A stretch of 64,000 nucleotides of DNA from Diplonema japonicum (taxonomy: Eukaryota; Protista; Euglenozoa: Diplonemea), in NCBI GenBank assembly GCA_964019335.1, contig OZ025661.1:62001-126000 (forward strand), given 5' to 3'. How positions within the stretch are numbered: the stretch's first letter is position 1; each line of letters begins with the position of its first letter. Both the position numbers and the translations under genes were made by a program. Below, piece by piece: positions 1 through 11,800 of the stretch. The notes under the pieces are model-generated. The model did no database searches, had not been told where the DNA came from, and worked only from the letters and a program-made list of their open reading frames with translations.

Positions 1-360
1 CAACACGATGTAGTCCAGCCCCAGTTTTTTCGCAAAGCAAGCCCAGTTAAAGAAAAAAGTATTAAACCCCCAATTAGCCATCGTCACCATCACTGTGTTA
101 TTGAACTCGGGCCTCAGAGCCTTGTTTATAAACACCCCGCTCCTCCTTTTCGTCAGATCTAGCAGACTTTTCTTCATTATCTCTTCAAGGGTCATTTGAG
201 GAGCCGTCGCTACACTACTGTTGGGTGGTAACGGAAGCGGGGACGACGGTCTCGGCCTCTGTTGTGGTGCGGTGAACATGCCAGCTACGATGGTTGCCGC
301 CACACAACCGAGGATGAACACTACCGCATACAGCCCGTAGTTCCCCGCATTCTTCATCAT
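1..360 (-). CDS. Nucleotide-diphospho-sugar transferase (GT77-like), type II membrane protein; 5' part only, runs off the window
   Basis: Manual translation from ATG 360 is open to base 1: MMKNAGNYGLYAVVFILGCVAATIVAGMF (TM anchor), a Pro-rich stem, then NTVMVTMANWGFNTFFFNWACFAKKLGLDYIVL, resembling the start of the Nucleotid_trans domain. Not in the ORF track because there is no stop in the window. Confidence 0.65.
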   Translation of the reverse strand, partial: MMKNAGNYGLYAVVFILGCVAATIVAGMFTAPQQRPRPSSPLPLPPNSSVATAPQMTLEEIMKKSLLDLTKRRSGVFINKALRPEFNNTVMVTMANWGFNTFFFNWACFAKKLGLDYIVL

Positions 361-439
361 GGTTCCTAAGGATACTGTGAGCTGATGAACAGCGATGAGC
401 AAGACAGGAGGAAATAAGACCATAAACGTTGTGTGTATT

Positions 440-1309
440 CTACCTCCACCCCAGTAATCCGATCGTAACATTTCGGAACCATGCGCAGCTTCTTCCGTCC
501 TGTTTTGTCTGTGCAAGCTGTTCCTGCATAGCACGGGCTCTGGCAAGCCGCTTCCGTCGTGTTTCCATTTCTGCGCGTCGTAGCCGCCTGGCTTGCAGCA
601 TCACTCGCAGGTCCTTCAGCTCGCTCACTGGTGGCACAATGTGCGTAGTGCCCTCGTCTGACGAGTCCACACTTTCAGCTTCCTGCATCAGCTGCGACAC
701 AGGGTGCGCGTCGTCGCTCTCCATCGTCTCCATCTCTACTTTCACCTCCACTGCGTCTGTTGTCTCGGTACCCAGCGAGGCCTTGTGCGAGATGTGCGAG
801 TAGTAAACATTGTAGACAAAGGCTGCCGACCGTATCGTGACCGCTTGCATGAAGATCTGATGCGGGAAGACAGCAAACGCCAGCAAATTGCTTGCAGGCT
901 TCACGAGGTAGCTGATAGACTGCGCCTCTACGAAGTCCGCAGCAATCTTACGCTTGACCTCTTCCCAACATCCCGTGTTCATGAAAACTAAGCTGGCCAT
1001 GCTTGAGAGCCGGATTATCGGCGAGAAGACCATCTGGTTGATGGCTGTTTTCTGCAAGGCGCCCATGACGCCTTCACCCTGGTGCACCACTGTCTCGATC
1101 ACACGTAGCCGGGCAAACTGCGCAACACCACAGAACACAACCCCGGTTCCTGCAAATTTTCCCGCTCTTTTGAAATCGATCCCCATTGGAGGCTTGCCTT
1201 CCACAAGTATCTGCGCCGCGGCATCGGACCCGAAGCTGAAGGCCAAGTTCATCCCAATGAAGTTCATAAACATCTCCATCTCATCGACCGTCGGTGTAAA
1301 CACTAGCAT
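440..1309 (-). CDS. Mpv17/PMP22 family membrane protein with C-terminal charged extension
   Basis: Motifs SDAAAQ..E, IDFKRAGKF, KTAINQMVFSP, VKRKIAADF and ASNLLAFAVFP follow the Mpv17/PMP22 pattern. Acceptor-like CCCAG at 1325-1329 precedes ATG 1309; the start is uncertain. Confidence 0.7.
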   Translation of the reverse strand: MLVFTPTVDEMEMFMNFIGMNLAFSFGSDAAAQILVEGKPPMGIDFKRAGKFAGTGVVFCGVAQFARLRVIETVVHQGEGVMGALQKTAINQMVFSPIIRLSSMASLVFMNTGCWEEVKRKIAADFVEAQSISYLVKPASNLLAFAVFPHQIFMQAVTIRSAAFVYNVYYSHISHKASLGTETTDAVEVKVEMETMESDDAHPVSQLMQEAESVDSSDEGTTHIVPPVSELKDLRVMLQARRLRRAEMETRRKRLARARAMQEQLAQTKQDGRSCAWFRNVTIGLLGWR

Positions 1310-1560
1310 CCTTGTGTAAGAAATCTGGGATGTAGTGTACAAAAAAAAGAGTCAGCTGGTCGTTGTTTGTGCAAGCCGGTCAAAACCAACCCAGGTTGAC
1401 ACCCTCCTGGTGTCCACCGAATACGGAAGCTCCTGTGCTCCTGTACCTGGGTCGAGGTTCTCTGGGTCAGCAAGACCCAGGCTCTTTTGTCCGTACGGGC
1501 TAGGGGGGAAAAAAAAGAGAAAAAAATAAACGACCACCCATTACTACCCTGTGTAACTGA

Positions 1561-1947
1561 CTAAAAACGTGTATAGTTATGTAGCAGGCGATGCCGCCCC
1601 CATCAGCCCTTGAATCTCCGAACGTTGGCCTTGGCTCAGACTGTGTTGTGGTGTAGTGTGTCGTGTGACAAGGTTATCAATACCATCCACTGTTGATGGC
1701 TTTCCGCACGGCCTTCACAGGGTTGTGACCGCTGCACGACTTCCTTCCTCCCTTTTCTAGTGCCAGCTGTGTTTTGGTGTCATCGTTGCTGCTGCCTGTA
1801 CCATACCGTAAAATCAATATCGTTGTGTCCAGCGCCGTGTCCTGGTAATGGGACATCGACACCACCCCCATTCGGCCCCAGCCCTACGCCTGCACCTACC
1901 CCGTTGAAGGATATGTCATACTTCGTTCCGATATGCGGGCTGGGCAT
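1561..1947 (-). CDS. Small hypothetical Gly-rich protein, spliced (introns 1767-1806 and 1641-1683); 3' end uncertain
   Basis: TTTTTTCGTATACATTGCAG precedes ATG 1947. Removing two GTAT..ACACAG introns (40 and 43 nt) gives the continuous frame MPSPHIGTKYDISFNGVGAGVGLGPNGGG...LALEKGGRKSCSGHNPVKAVRKAINSGCLSQGQ. It may continue into 1352-1500 through further introns. Confidence 0.45.
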
Positions 1948-2231
1948 TTCCTCCTGCAATGTATACGAAAAAAGATCGCCTTCATAGCAGATAGAAAGGT
2001 GAGAAAGGCATTTTCTTTTTGCATTGTCAATGAGCGCAAAAGGAGAAAAAAGAAGAGGAAAAGAAAGTGCCCACGAAAATTTGAAACAGAAGAAATCACC
2101 CCTCTATACTTAAGATGCCCTAGAAAAAGCTTCTTTGCAAGAAACGAAGAAAAAGTATGAAAAAATAAAACAGGAACAAAAAAAACAGAACTGAAACGTA
2201 GTATAAAAAAAAAAAAAGAAAATAACGAGCC

Positions 2232-4001
2232 TCAATCAGTCTGTGAATAAAATTAAAAATAAAGATATCAATTGTTTGTGCATACCTCATGCATCTCAAA
2301 GGGTATGACTCCGCTTCGAGTGGCCGCGGACACTAACAACGGGACAGTCACCTGGTAAAAAATGTGTTTGGAAACACGAACTAAGCATACATCCAACTCA
2401 GGTGAGTTCCCGAAACCCTTGCAACATGAACACAACACGTATGTGATGGGGAGCCTTGACTGGATGGCATTGAGCTCCTCTTTACTGTTGGCCGTCACCA
2501 CGACAGCTGAGGTGTTGGATAAGTGTAGAAAAAAAAAAGAATACATACTAAATGAGTTCCCAGGACTAGAAACCTCAGTGGTACGAAGCTGCCCCTGGCT
2601 CAAAACAGGAACGGAGAGGAATATCTTGGCGAAGGGCGAAGCCATTGTGTTGGACCTCAAGACCTTCCGTTTCTCAAAGACCCCTGTATCGTTGATGGCG
2701 TCGATCGCAAGCTGCTGCGCAATCTCATTGTCAAGTAAAATGTTGAACTGCAGCGTGAACTGGTTTATGGCGGTGTCCACATTGGCCGTCGTGTCGACAA
2801 TGCCCTGCGGGTCAAGCTGCACCGTGAAGAGCGGGTCGTACCGGAACTGAAACACCTCATTCCCCCCATGCCCCGCACTGCTGATGAAGTACACCGCCCT
2901 CATCTTTCCTTGGTACCTGAAGTACGCCACCACCGTATACGGGGAGGGGCTCGGCTTAGTGGATTCTCTACTGCTCATCTCCCGCATTTCCTTCATTTCA
3001 ATACCCACCGAAGGCCTTCTGCTGGTAGGTGTCGGGAGAGGTGCGCTTGGCTTCGGGCGGACTTCCTTGTTTATTGTCTCTTCCTCCTCCAGTTGTATCA
3101 CACGCTGCTGCTCGTTGAACTCCTTCACCGCATCGCTGAAATTATTGCTAATCAGAATGATGGGGAAGGCGAGAACGAGCACCCCGACGATCATGCACGT
3201 GATGCCGACGCCCTTTCCGAACCACGTTCTGGGGACCTGATCCCCGTAGCCCACGGTGGCGAGGGTGACCAACGCCCACCAGAATGAGTCGGGGATGGAC
3301 TGAAAGTCAGAAGGTATCCTCCTTCCAGAGGTGTCGTTCCAGTTATAGTACCAGCACTCTGTATCGCTGTCGAAGGAGGCCTCGGATTGCTCGGCAATGA
3401 AGATCAGCGAGGCGAACAGCACCAGCGCAATGCCGAGCAGGAACCCCAGCAGGGATAAAGCTTCACTACTTTGCCTCATTGCGTAGATGACGAGCTGCAG
3501 GCCTGTGGAATACTTCCCCAGCTTAAAAACACGGAATACGCGGGCAAGGCGGATCACTCGCAGGAACACAAAAGAGTTCAGCGAAAAGGCCGTCCCTCCA
3601 AGACGCGTGACAAAGAGCTCTAAGTAGAAGGGGAGGATGGAGATGAGGTCGATCCAGTTCAGGAAAGACTTGAAAAACGTCTTCTTGTCCACCACTGTGA
3701 TAACCTTGGCAAGAAACTCTATTGTGAACACAGCCACGCACACGCACTCGATGCTGTAGAGGGCCACGTTATCTTTTTTGTAGTACGCAGGGTGCGACTC
3801 AATACAGAAAACCATAATAGACAAGTAAATAAGTACAAAAACTGAGATTGAGACGACCGTGCTTCCCATAGCCAGCCTCCTGCTGCTTGCCTGCACGCTA
3901 GGGTCTAGTAGAGCATAGATAATGGCTCTCAACGACACCTCTTCCTTCTCGTCTGTTGTCGCCACCGTCTCGGAACAAATCTCCCTCTCGCCCCCTTCCA
4001 T
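2232..4001 (-). CDS. Voltage-gated K+ channel subunit (6TM Kv-like, no T1/BTB domain); introns 2507-2548, 2352-2390, 2241-2285
   Basis: S4 FLRVIRLARVFRVFKLGKY, pore SIPDSFWWALVTLATVGYGD and S6 GVLVLAFPIILISNNF. Three GTATG..CAG introns lie near the 3' end; two are in frame and read through in the ORF track. Confidence 0.92.
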
Positions 4002-4259
4002 TGTTGTGTTACTGAAGTGATGCTATGTCTCTGAAGGGCGGGGAAAGAAGAAGAATATAAAATAAAAGAAATTCCCAAAGAAAAGAAACACAAACTACTG
4101 CAAGCTGCATGCTGTACAGTCTTTATCCACACCAGGCAGTGTAGGCATCTTTCGACTGCTTTCCTATCATGCATCATGCATAACCTGTTTATATGCGTGT
4201 CAGCGATAGCTGGTCCGAGAGCGAGAATGGAGGCTAGAAGGGAGGGTTAGTATGTGGCT

Positions 4260-5782
4260 CTACTCAAGGTTGTGGTTCAGCTCTCTTATACGCACTTTAG
4301 TATTCAGCCACATGAAACCGGCGCCGGCAACCACAAAAATGCTGTGTGTGGGTTGCTGTCATGCTGTAAGCATACCATGTGAGCACAATGAAGATGACGT
4401 AGCCGGCAAGCTGGCTGTCGGAGCTAGACCCTATCGCCACAGGGTCGTAGTCTATGAAGTCTATCAGCAGTTTTGCCGTGTGGTTCGGGGAGAACAGCAA
4501 TCCTGCTTCACTGTATATCCGCCCGCCTTGGTAGTATCTGGCGGGCACTGTCGCAAGGTCAATAGAGTATGTGAAAGGCTTCTCACCTGTAGAAATTTGT
4601 GTATTTGCCCTGCATCATACCTGTGAGCTGTCCTGGTTCGAAGTCCGCGATGTCAGTGTCGAACCTCCAGGCATTGTCCCCAGGGCGGTTGAAGTTGTAC
4701 AACTTATACGTAAATTTGTGTGGAATTCCAAGTGTACCGGAAATATTTCCCAGCAACCAATTTCCAGGGGACAGCCCGAGCTCGTCCGCCATCCCAACAG
4801 CGCGCTGAGGGAACGACGTGTTACGTACCTCTTCGACCGTCTTCACTGAGTAGCTCCCACCACCGTAGTCCTCGGTGATGTATTTCTCATCGATATTGAG
4901 GCCCTCAAAAGTGGGCTCTGAGAAGTTGAAAGTGCAGGTCAAGGTCACAGACACAGAGAGAGTATCCTGGACGGAATACCAATGACAGGGTTTCAGCCAG
5001 TCAAGATTATAAACATAAGGTGGGCATTCGTTGATTGAAGGCGTAGTAATGTTGACGGTGCAGAACATGGCAACGTCCTGGTCACATGCCGCCACACCGC
5101 TTATCACCGATGGGTTAATGTCACGCGGGCAGACGCAGCTGGTAGTGTCACTGCTTGCCTGGCATTTCGACCTATCGACCTCTGACATTGCTAGCCACTC
5201 CAAAGAGCCAATCGATGCACTACTGCCGTCGCACACGAATGTGGCGTTCGGGTAAACCTTGAGGCCATTTGTGCAGAACACACGTTCCTGGACCTGGTTC
5301 AAGCTGTTGGCGAGTTCCTCTTGCTGCTTTTCGTACGCCTTCCTTTGGTCCTCTGTGAGATCGACATCTTCCTCCTCAGTGGTGCTGGTCTGCAAGGCAA
5401 CTGCCTTCCTTGTTTTAACTTCATCGTGTTTTGTAACATGTGAGTTATGTTCCTCCTGGTTGACGCTTGCCTTGCACTCTTTAGAGTTGGCTCGTACTTC
5501 TTCCATGGTAGGTTCTTTCGATCCCTTGCGTCCCAGCCCTCTCATCATCTTCTTCATCACCATATCTCCTACGTTCTGGTTTTCCAGACCAGTTCCGTAG
5601 TCTGACCATAGCATTCCTTCTACTAGATCGTTCACAGTTGCTGCCAAGTCAGATATCACGCGTACGCCCTGGTTTCGTGCCTTTCCGCGCTTCGCTCCGA
5701 ACAGCGACGAGTACGAGTTCGACTTCAGCGGTATGTCGCCGCTCACAGCGGTGCACGCAAAGATTAACAGCAAGGCTCGCAT
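4260..5782 (-). CDS. Hypothetical type-I membrane protein (signal peptide, Cys-containing ectodomain, C-terminal TM); introns 4587-4620 and 4342-4375
   Basis: MRALLLIFACTAVSG signal peptide follows a CTACAG acceptor. Two 34-nt GTATG..CAG introns join ORF 4583..5920 to 4297..4548 and complete a TM helix YVIFIVLTCIFVVAGAGFMWL. Confidence 0.75.
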
Positions 5783-5916
5783 TGTTACCTGTAGAATTAA
5801 CTTAATGTGGAGGATGACAAAAATAAGGAGACAGAACATCGTTCGAATGTCGCGACCACCTCTGTACACTGTTGGGATGAATCCAAGGCAGAGGAGTGAC
5901 TCATAGACGGAGGAAA

Positions 5917-7164
5917 TCACTCTGATTTACTTTTTACAGTATTCGAGTGGAGATAAAGCGTAGCGATGCACATCAACACCAAAGCCGTGATGCACAGCTT
6001 CAGCCCTCCTTCGACACCGAGGGCCTCGTAGTACAGCATTGCGGTGATAACCATCAGGTTAAGGGGTACCCTACACATATTCATCAGCATGCCACGTGAA
6101 GCCTCAGGGATGAGCTGTGCCCTGAGACACCCGATAGATGGAAAGTACACCCCCACTGCTGCTTCGTACATACAGAACGACACAACAAGGGCGTACGGGT
6201 TGTCCAGCGAGTACAAAGCGAGCACGAGGCCGGAGAACCCGATGGCAGCACTGAAGGTGAGCAGCTGCGCAGCTTGAAAGGATTTCTTCATGAGGAAGGA
6301 AGCCACTGTAGTCCCGATCATGGTGCTGGTCATGAAGGCAGAAAAGATGGTTCCGTAGGGGACGCTGCCGCTGTCGGCAGAGCTCACGGCCTTGCCCCAG
6401 TTTAGAACGAAAACGTACATTGCGCTCTCAAAGAAAGCCTGCGTCACGACAAGGGCAGCCATGGAGCCAAGGTGGAGCTTGGGGGACTTGGCAGTGCTGG
6501 TGTTGGTTCCCTTTTTGTTTGTGGGCCATAAGAAGAAGCACAGCACCCCGCCGATGACTGTGATGACAGAAGAGGTAATGAAGGGTGATGTCACGTCGGA
6601 GGTTTGGGACACGGCACCATCAGCAACCCAGCCAGCAATGACGGCAACTATGCCATCCGAGAAGTACATCCAGCTGAATATATAGTCGGTGAAGCTAGAG
6701 GGGAGGGACTGGTGCTGGATCTCGCTGATGAGCCACGTCTCAGGTGACGTGTTGAGGAGGGAAGCAGCAACACCTCCAAGAATTCTTCCCAACATCAGCA
6801 CGTTGTAGTCATTCGAGAGTGCAGTCAGCCCAGAAGCCGAGAACAGTACCGCGAAGGCAATAGAACCTGCCTTGCCACCATATGTGTCAAGCGCTTTGCC
6901 CACTGCTAAGGATCCTATCGTGGCGGAGACGAAGGCCATGAGGAATAGCATGGCGACTTCCGCCTGTCCCACCTTGGTGCTGTACATCTCGTGAAAATAC
7001 GGCCCTTGCATCCAGTCCCCGAGCTTGAACACCAGAAAGACTGTCAAATACCTCCATCGCAGAGCAGCACCCTTCGTGTCCACCTTGCTGTCACTCGTTT
7101 CCCTCCCCACCCACAGCAGCGCACACAGCACTGCAACAACACCGAAAAATATCCCCTGATACAT
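5917..7164 (-). CDS. MFSD5: Molybdate-anion transporter (MOT2/MFSD5 family, MFS)
   Basis: Signature RYLTVFLVFKLGDWMQGPY, GRILGGVAASLL..SPETW, FFESAMYVFVLNW, EAAVGVYFPSIG.LR...IPE..R..LMN..RVPLN; about 12-13 TM segments. Confidence 0.88.
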   Translation of the reverse strand: MYQGIFFGVVAVLCALLWVGRETSDSKVDTKGAALRWRYLTVFLVFKLGDWMQGPYFHEMYSTKVGQAEVAMLFLMAFVSATIGSLAVGKALDTYGGKAGSIAFAVLFSASGLTALSNDYNVLMLGRILGGVAASLLNTSPETWLISEIQHQSLPSSFTDYIFSWMYFSDGIVAVIAGWVADGAVSQTSDVTSPFITSSVITVIGGVLCFFLWPTNKKGTNTSTAKSPKLHLGSMAALVVTQAFFESAMYVFVLNWGKAVSSADSGSVPYGTIFSAFMTSTMIGTTVASFLMKKSFQAAQLLTFSAAIGFSGLVLALYSLDNPYALVVSFCMYEAAVGVYFPSIGCLRAQLIPEASRGMLMNMCRVPLNLMVITAMLYYEALGVEGGLKLCITALVLMCIATLYLHSNTVKSKSE

Positions 7165-7593
7165 GTTGCACCTGAAGGGTTAATAATGCTCAGCAAGCAG
7201 TTCAGAGGGGAAGCAGAAGGAGTCAGGAAAGAAAACAAAAAAAAGGGGGGACAAGTACGTCTTTATGAATCGAAGCTAAAAGATAAAATAATCAGGGCTG
7301 CTGGCTCTTCAAAGTCAGCGAGAGCCCTTCCCTCGCTGAGGATCCCGTATTTCTTTTGGAAATGAAGAAGGGAAGGAAAAAAAGAAAAAAGAAAACACAG
7401 GAAGAGGGAGCTTCTGGGTACAAACTCTTACTCGTCTCTTCGTATATTTCATTCTTGGCGATAAAAATATAGAAAAAGACTTGTTGGGAAACGGGATCAT
7501 GAGGGGCCGCATATGGACTCCGGGGTGGGGGTCATGCGCAAGTACAGGGAGGGGTGTATTGTCTCCTTTTTATTTTTCCTTTCTTTTTCCCCA

Positions 7594-8821
7594 CTATTCT
7601 TTCTCCACGTTGAGCCAGTCTTTAGGAGTTGCAAGGGCATCTACCAACTTCTCTTCCGCCTCACACTTGGCTTTGTGCATGTATGTCCACCTGTATGTGT
7701 TAAGCAAAGGAAAAGCAAACATACTTCACAACAGGGGGGAGTGACATAAGAATGGACTCCACCCTGCCGTTGACCTGGAGGCCGAAAAGGGTTCCGCGGT
7801 CATGCACTAGGTTGAACTCGACATATCTGTGCAGGTAGAAGCGGTAAAAACGAAGAGATGCATACCTCCCTCTTCTGTACAGTTGCCAGTTCCTCTCGTC
7901 TTCAGTCACCTTGACCTCCCTCCTGCGCTTGATGATCTCGATGTATGCGGGCAGGAATGCTGCTGCTTGCGACTTCGCAAACTCGAAGATCTGCTCCCAG
8001 CTCATCGACGGCTGCATGTACTTGTTGTCCATGCACCACTTCTTCATCTCCGCGTTCTCCCCCTGGTACAGTGTCTTATCCGGGTTCCCGTCGAAGTAGT
8101 CGTAGAAGTGCCCACCGATGCCTCTCCCCTCTGCCCTGTGCTTGTTGCAGAAGTACTCATCAGCGTACTTCTTCAAAGGCAGGTACAGGTTGTCGCCATG
8201 CTTGTCGCATGCATCCTTCACATGCTGGTGGAACGACACTGCATCCTCTTCATACAGTACCCACGGGGTGAGGTCCATGCCCCCACCGAACCACCACACG
8301 TTGTCCTGTTCTATGGCATCGCTCTCAATGGTACCCGCCTCGAAGTACCTGTAGTTAAGGTGCACAGTGGGAATGTGGGGGTTCTTCGGGTGCAGGACCA
8401 TGGACACACCCGTGGCGTAGAAGGTCTTACCTTGAAGGTGGGGGTGCTTCTTTAGAATTGCGGGGGGAAGGTTAGCCCCAAACACTTCGCTCCAGTTGCA
8501 GCCTCCCTGCTCGAAAATGCTTCCGTTCTTGATCACCCTCGTCCTCCCTTGACCCCTTCCGTTTGGCTTCTCCCACGCATCCTCCTCGAACACAGCCTGT
8601 CCGTCAAGCTCGCCGAGTGTTTTCGTAATGTCATCTTGCACACCCTGCACGAACTCCTTGAATATTCTTCGTCTCTCATTTGCGGACTTAGCTGCCCTCC
8701 ACTTGTATCTCTTCTCGGCCTCACTCTTCTGGCAGCAACCCTGAAGAAGCTTCTGCACAAGGAGGGTACCAGCAACACCAGCCAGCACACCACCCCAACT
8801 TACCCCACCATTGTCACTCAT
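7594..8821 (-). CDS. hemF: Oxygen-dependent coproporphyrinogen III oxidase; introns 7827-7865 and 7691-7724
   Basis: PTVHLNYRYFE, WWFGGGMDLTP and RGIGG. After intron removal [41 protein letters not shown]...KDWL is restored exactly. Confidence 0.95.
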
Positions 8822-8895
8822 GTTAAATCTGTGGTGTGACTGGAGAAGAATAACTAATCTATGGTGAAAAAAACACTAATAACACACTGTTAAAA

Positions 8896-11800
8896 TCATG
8901 CCCACGTACAGCATGTGGATTTAGGAAGCTTGGAAAACTCTTCAGCAAGGGCCGCCATGGCGGTGGCGAACTTCGGTTTCACAGGCCCGTCTGCTTCCTC
9001 GTACCACGTGCGGGCGTTGAGCATGACCTGGTCCTGCAGCTCTGAATAGTACTTTCTTATCAGATTTTCACAACCTTTGGGTGGCGACCTTAGATTGCTG
9101 AGAATAGACACCCGCAAGGTAGCCAAGCGACGTTCTTGATTGTACTCTCGGCTGTATCTCTGCCCCTCGGGTGTGTTTTGGGATGCCTCGTTGCCAGGCT
9201 CCCCGAAATACGGATCGGGGACCAAAATAGCACTCTGAATTGACAGGGCCACCTGGTAGAGGGAGGACCCGCTGTTCCACCTCATGGAGTCGTCGTCGCC
9301 GTGCCATGTGTTTAGGAGTGACAGGCACACCTTGCCGCTCTCGTACAAGTTAGGGCTCATCCTGATAGTGCCCTCGCCAGTAGTGCGCAGCAAAAAGTTG
9401 GGAGGGTTCTTGGGGTAGGTGTCCGAGCAGATAACATCGAAGATGAACAGACCATGCGAGTAGGGCGTCCCCTGCGGCCCTGAGAGGATAATGCGCATCA
9501 CATCCATCCTGCTCTCGTCGTTCACACAGAACACACTAGCAGCAGGTAGCAGAGGGAACTGCCTCATAAGCTTCATGTCCTTCATCAGTGCTTTCCTTTT
9601 CTCGGGCACAACACTCCCCCCCATCTCAGCTATCTCCCGCCACATGGCATGCGTCTTGTAGTCATCGAAATCGCACGACTCGAACTGGTTATCCTCGAGT
9701 GCCTCCGCAAACCTGTCCTCGTCAACCCTAAGCTCGCCAGAAGGCTGCCACAAATCAACTTCCCCTGCAACTGCGGTTTCAAGGACAGAAGATTCTGCCG
9801 TATCTAAATTATCGATGAACTCCTGCAAACCCTTCAAGAACCTCATGCCACCCAGAGCCGCCCGCTCGATATCTTGAAGAGCCTTCCCGAGTACCTCGCG
9901 TGAGTAGTCAGGATGCTCACGGTACGACTCTTGGAAGACGGGGTGCCCTTTCATGAGCACAATGATGTTGATGCACACTTCAAGGATTCCGTGAAAGTCG
10001 TAGTTGAGCTCGCTAGGCTTATATAGCGTGCGGAGGTCGTCACACGTCTTGGAAAAGAGACGATTCAGAAAGTGCACCACGTAGTGGGACAGGGTCTTGA
10101 GCACGGGCCGCGAGAGGAGTGCTGCGAAGGGCTCGGGTACTGGGATGTTCAAAGGGTTCAGGAGCATTTGGAGGACCCGACAAGCACCCATTGCACCAGA
10201 CATGAAGCCCTTTGCCGCCCTGCGTTGATGCTCCAGCTTGTGCTTGTCCTGCATGGCCTGGAACTGGTTCCGTGTGGCTGCCAGCCTTTTGTCGTTGACA
10301 AACTTCTCAAGGTCATTGACCTCCGTCAGCCGCAGCAGGGAGTCATCCAACTGATGGATGGCCCCTGTCACTAGGCTGCTCAGGAAGTCCACCACATCGT
10401 CGTTCCCGCCCTCCTTGTTCAGACACGCGATCAAGCCCTCCTTAAACCTGTCCTTAATCATCAAACTCCGCAGTAACTCAATGGACTGCACCTTCGCTGA
10501 ACTGAACACGGCTTCATCCTTCTTAATATCATACCCGCCTGCCCTCTCAAGGCCCGCGTAAACCTGGAATATCAGCACAGGGATGTCCCTGACAAAGCTG
10601 GACTTCTCGATCACTGAGAACAACGAAATGGGGCTCTCGTGCTGCGAGAATAATCTTGCATTCCACACATCAGAGTACTGCGTTGCAGTGTCTCCTGTGT
10701 GCCTGTTTTTAGGCTGCAGTGATGATATGAAGCCCAGGATTTTAGCTTTCAGAAGGGTGTGCTTTCTGAAAATGTCACCAATAGACAGCTGCACCAAGAA
10801 GCCAATAATGTTATTTATGTTCTCAAGGCTAACAAGTCTGTCGGGGCTTTCATGGGATACAAATTCCAACCACGTGACAATGTCGCCCAGGAGGCACACT
10901 GGCATTGCTTTCAGTGCCTTCTCGTCTTTGCTCAGAAGCCCAAGTGCGGTGGTCGTAATTTTCGTTGTCAGTTCAATGCTTTGCGGGGACAGAAACGAGA
11001 ACCTGTAAGCGTCCAGCATCTTAGCCATTTGAATGATTTGCGGTGGGAGGTTCATGTTCCCGTACGCCTGAGCCCCGCCGTTCTGCTCAATCGCCTGTGA
11101 CAGGGCCTTGTAGTAGTTCTCCCTTAGTTTCTTGTAGACCCTCATGCAAGGCATCGTGAGGCACCTTAAGCACGACATGCACAAAAAGAACATTGTAGTG
11201 CTGAAGTTGAACCCTTCTTCCCGCACATCAACGTCGTCGCACCACTCGGGGTCGCCGCGCTCCTCGTCTTCCCATTCTGTGTGTTCCTCGATGCACTGGA
11301 TGGACCTGATGTAGTTCATGTCCACCTTGTCTCCTTCACAAGCAGGTGCCGCAAGTGCGTACATCAGCACTGCGACCTTCATGTACATCGTCTCCTCGTC
11401 GATGCGCACAGGCACGCGGTCTAACTTGTTGGCGTCGTACTCCACTCTGCTGAGATGGGCTGCGAGGTACTTCTGGCACCACTGGACTGCCAGGGGCCTC
11501 GCTGAGGTGTTCTTTAGCAAGCAAATCAACACTGTGCACACATCGTCAATGGCTGCAGAAGAAAGCTTGCGCGGGGCGGTCATAGAAGACACGATTTCCA
11601 CGTCGTGCACCTGGGGGTACTTGGGTATGGAGTCCAGCACCTGATGCAAGTCCTTGAGAGACGGCACGGCCAGGAATCGTGAGACAACAGATGTGAGCGT
11701 GTACGAAATGCTAGGATGATGCAGCTCCTGCTCCATCAGGCCAGCAAAGGAGGTAACATCAGAGGAGACAACGTGCCTGAGAATGCCTGTCACATCTGCC

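Noticed and set aside
1352-1537. 61-aa ORF as a separate gene or first exon of Mpv17
   Set aside because: No ATG after the AG acceptor and no clear GT donor linking it to either neighbour; left unresolved.
8896-8913. C-terminal CCTWA of the Ufd2-UBC protein as a CaaX prenylation signal
   Set aside because: T and W are poor a1/a2 residues; palmitoylation is possible but unsupported.
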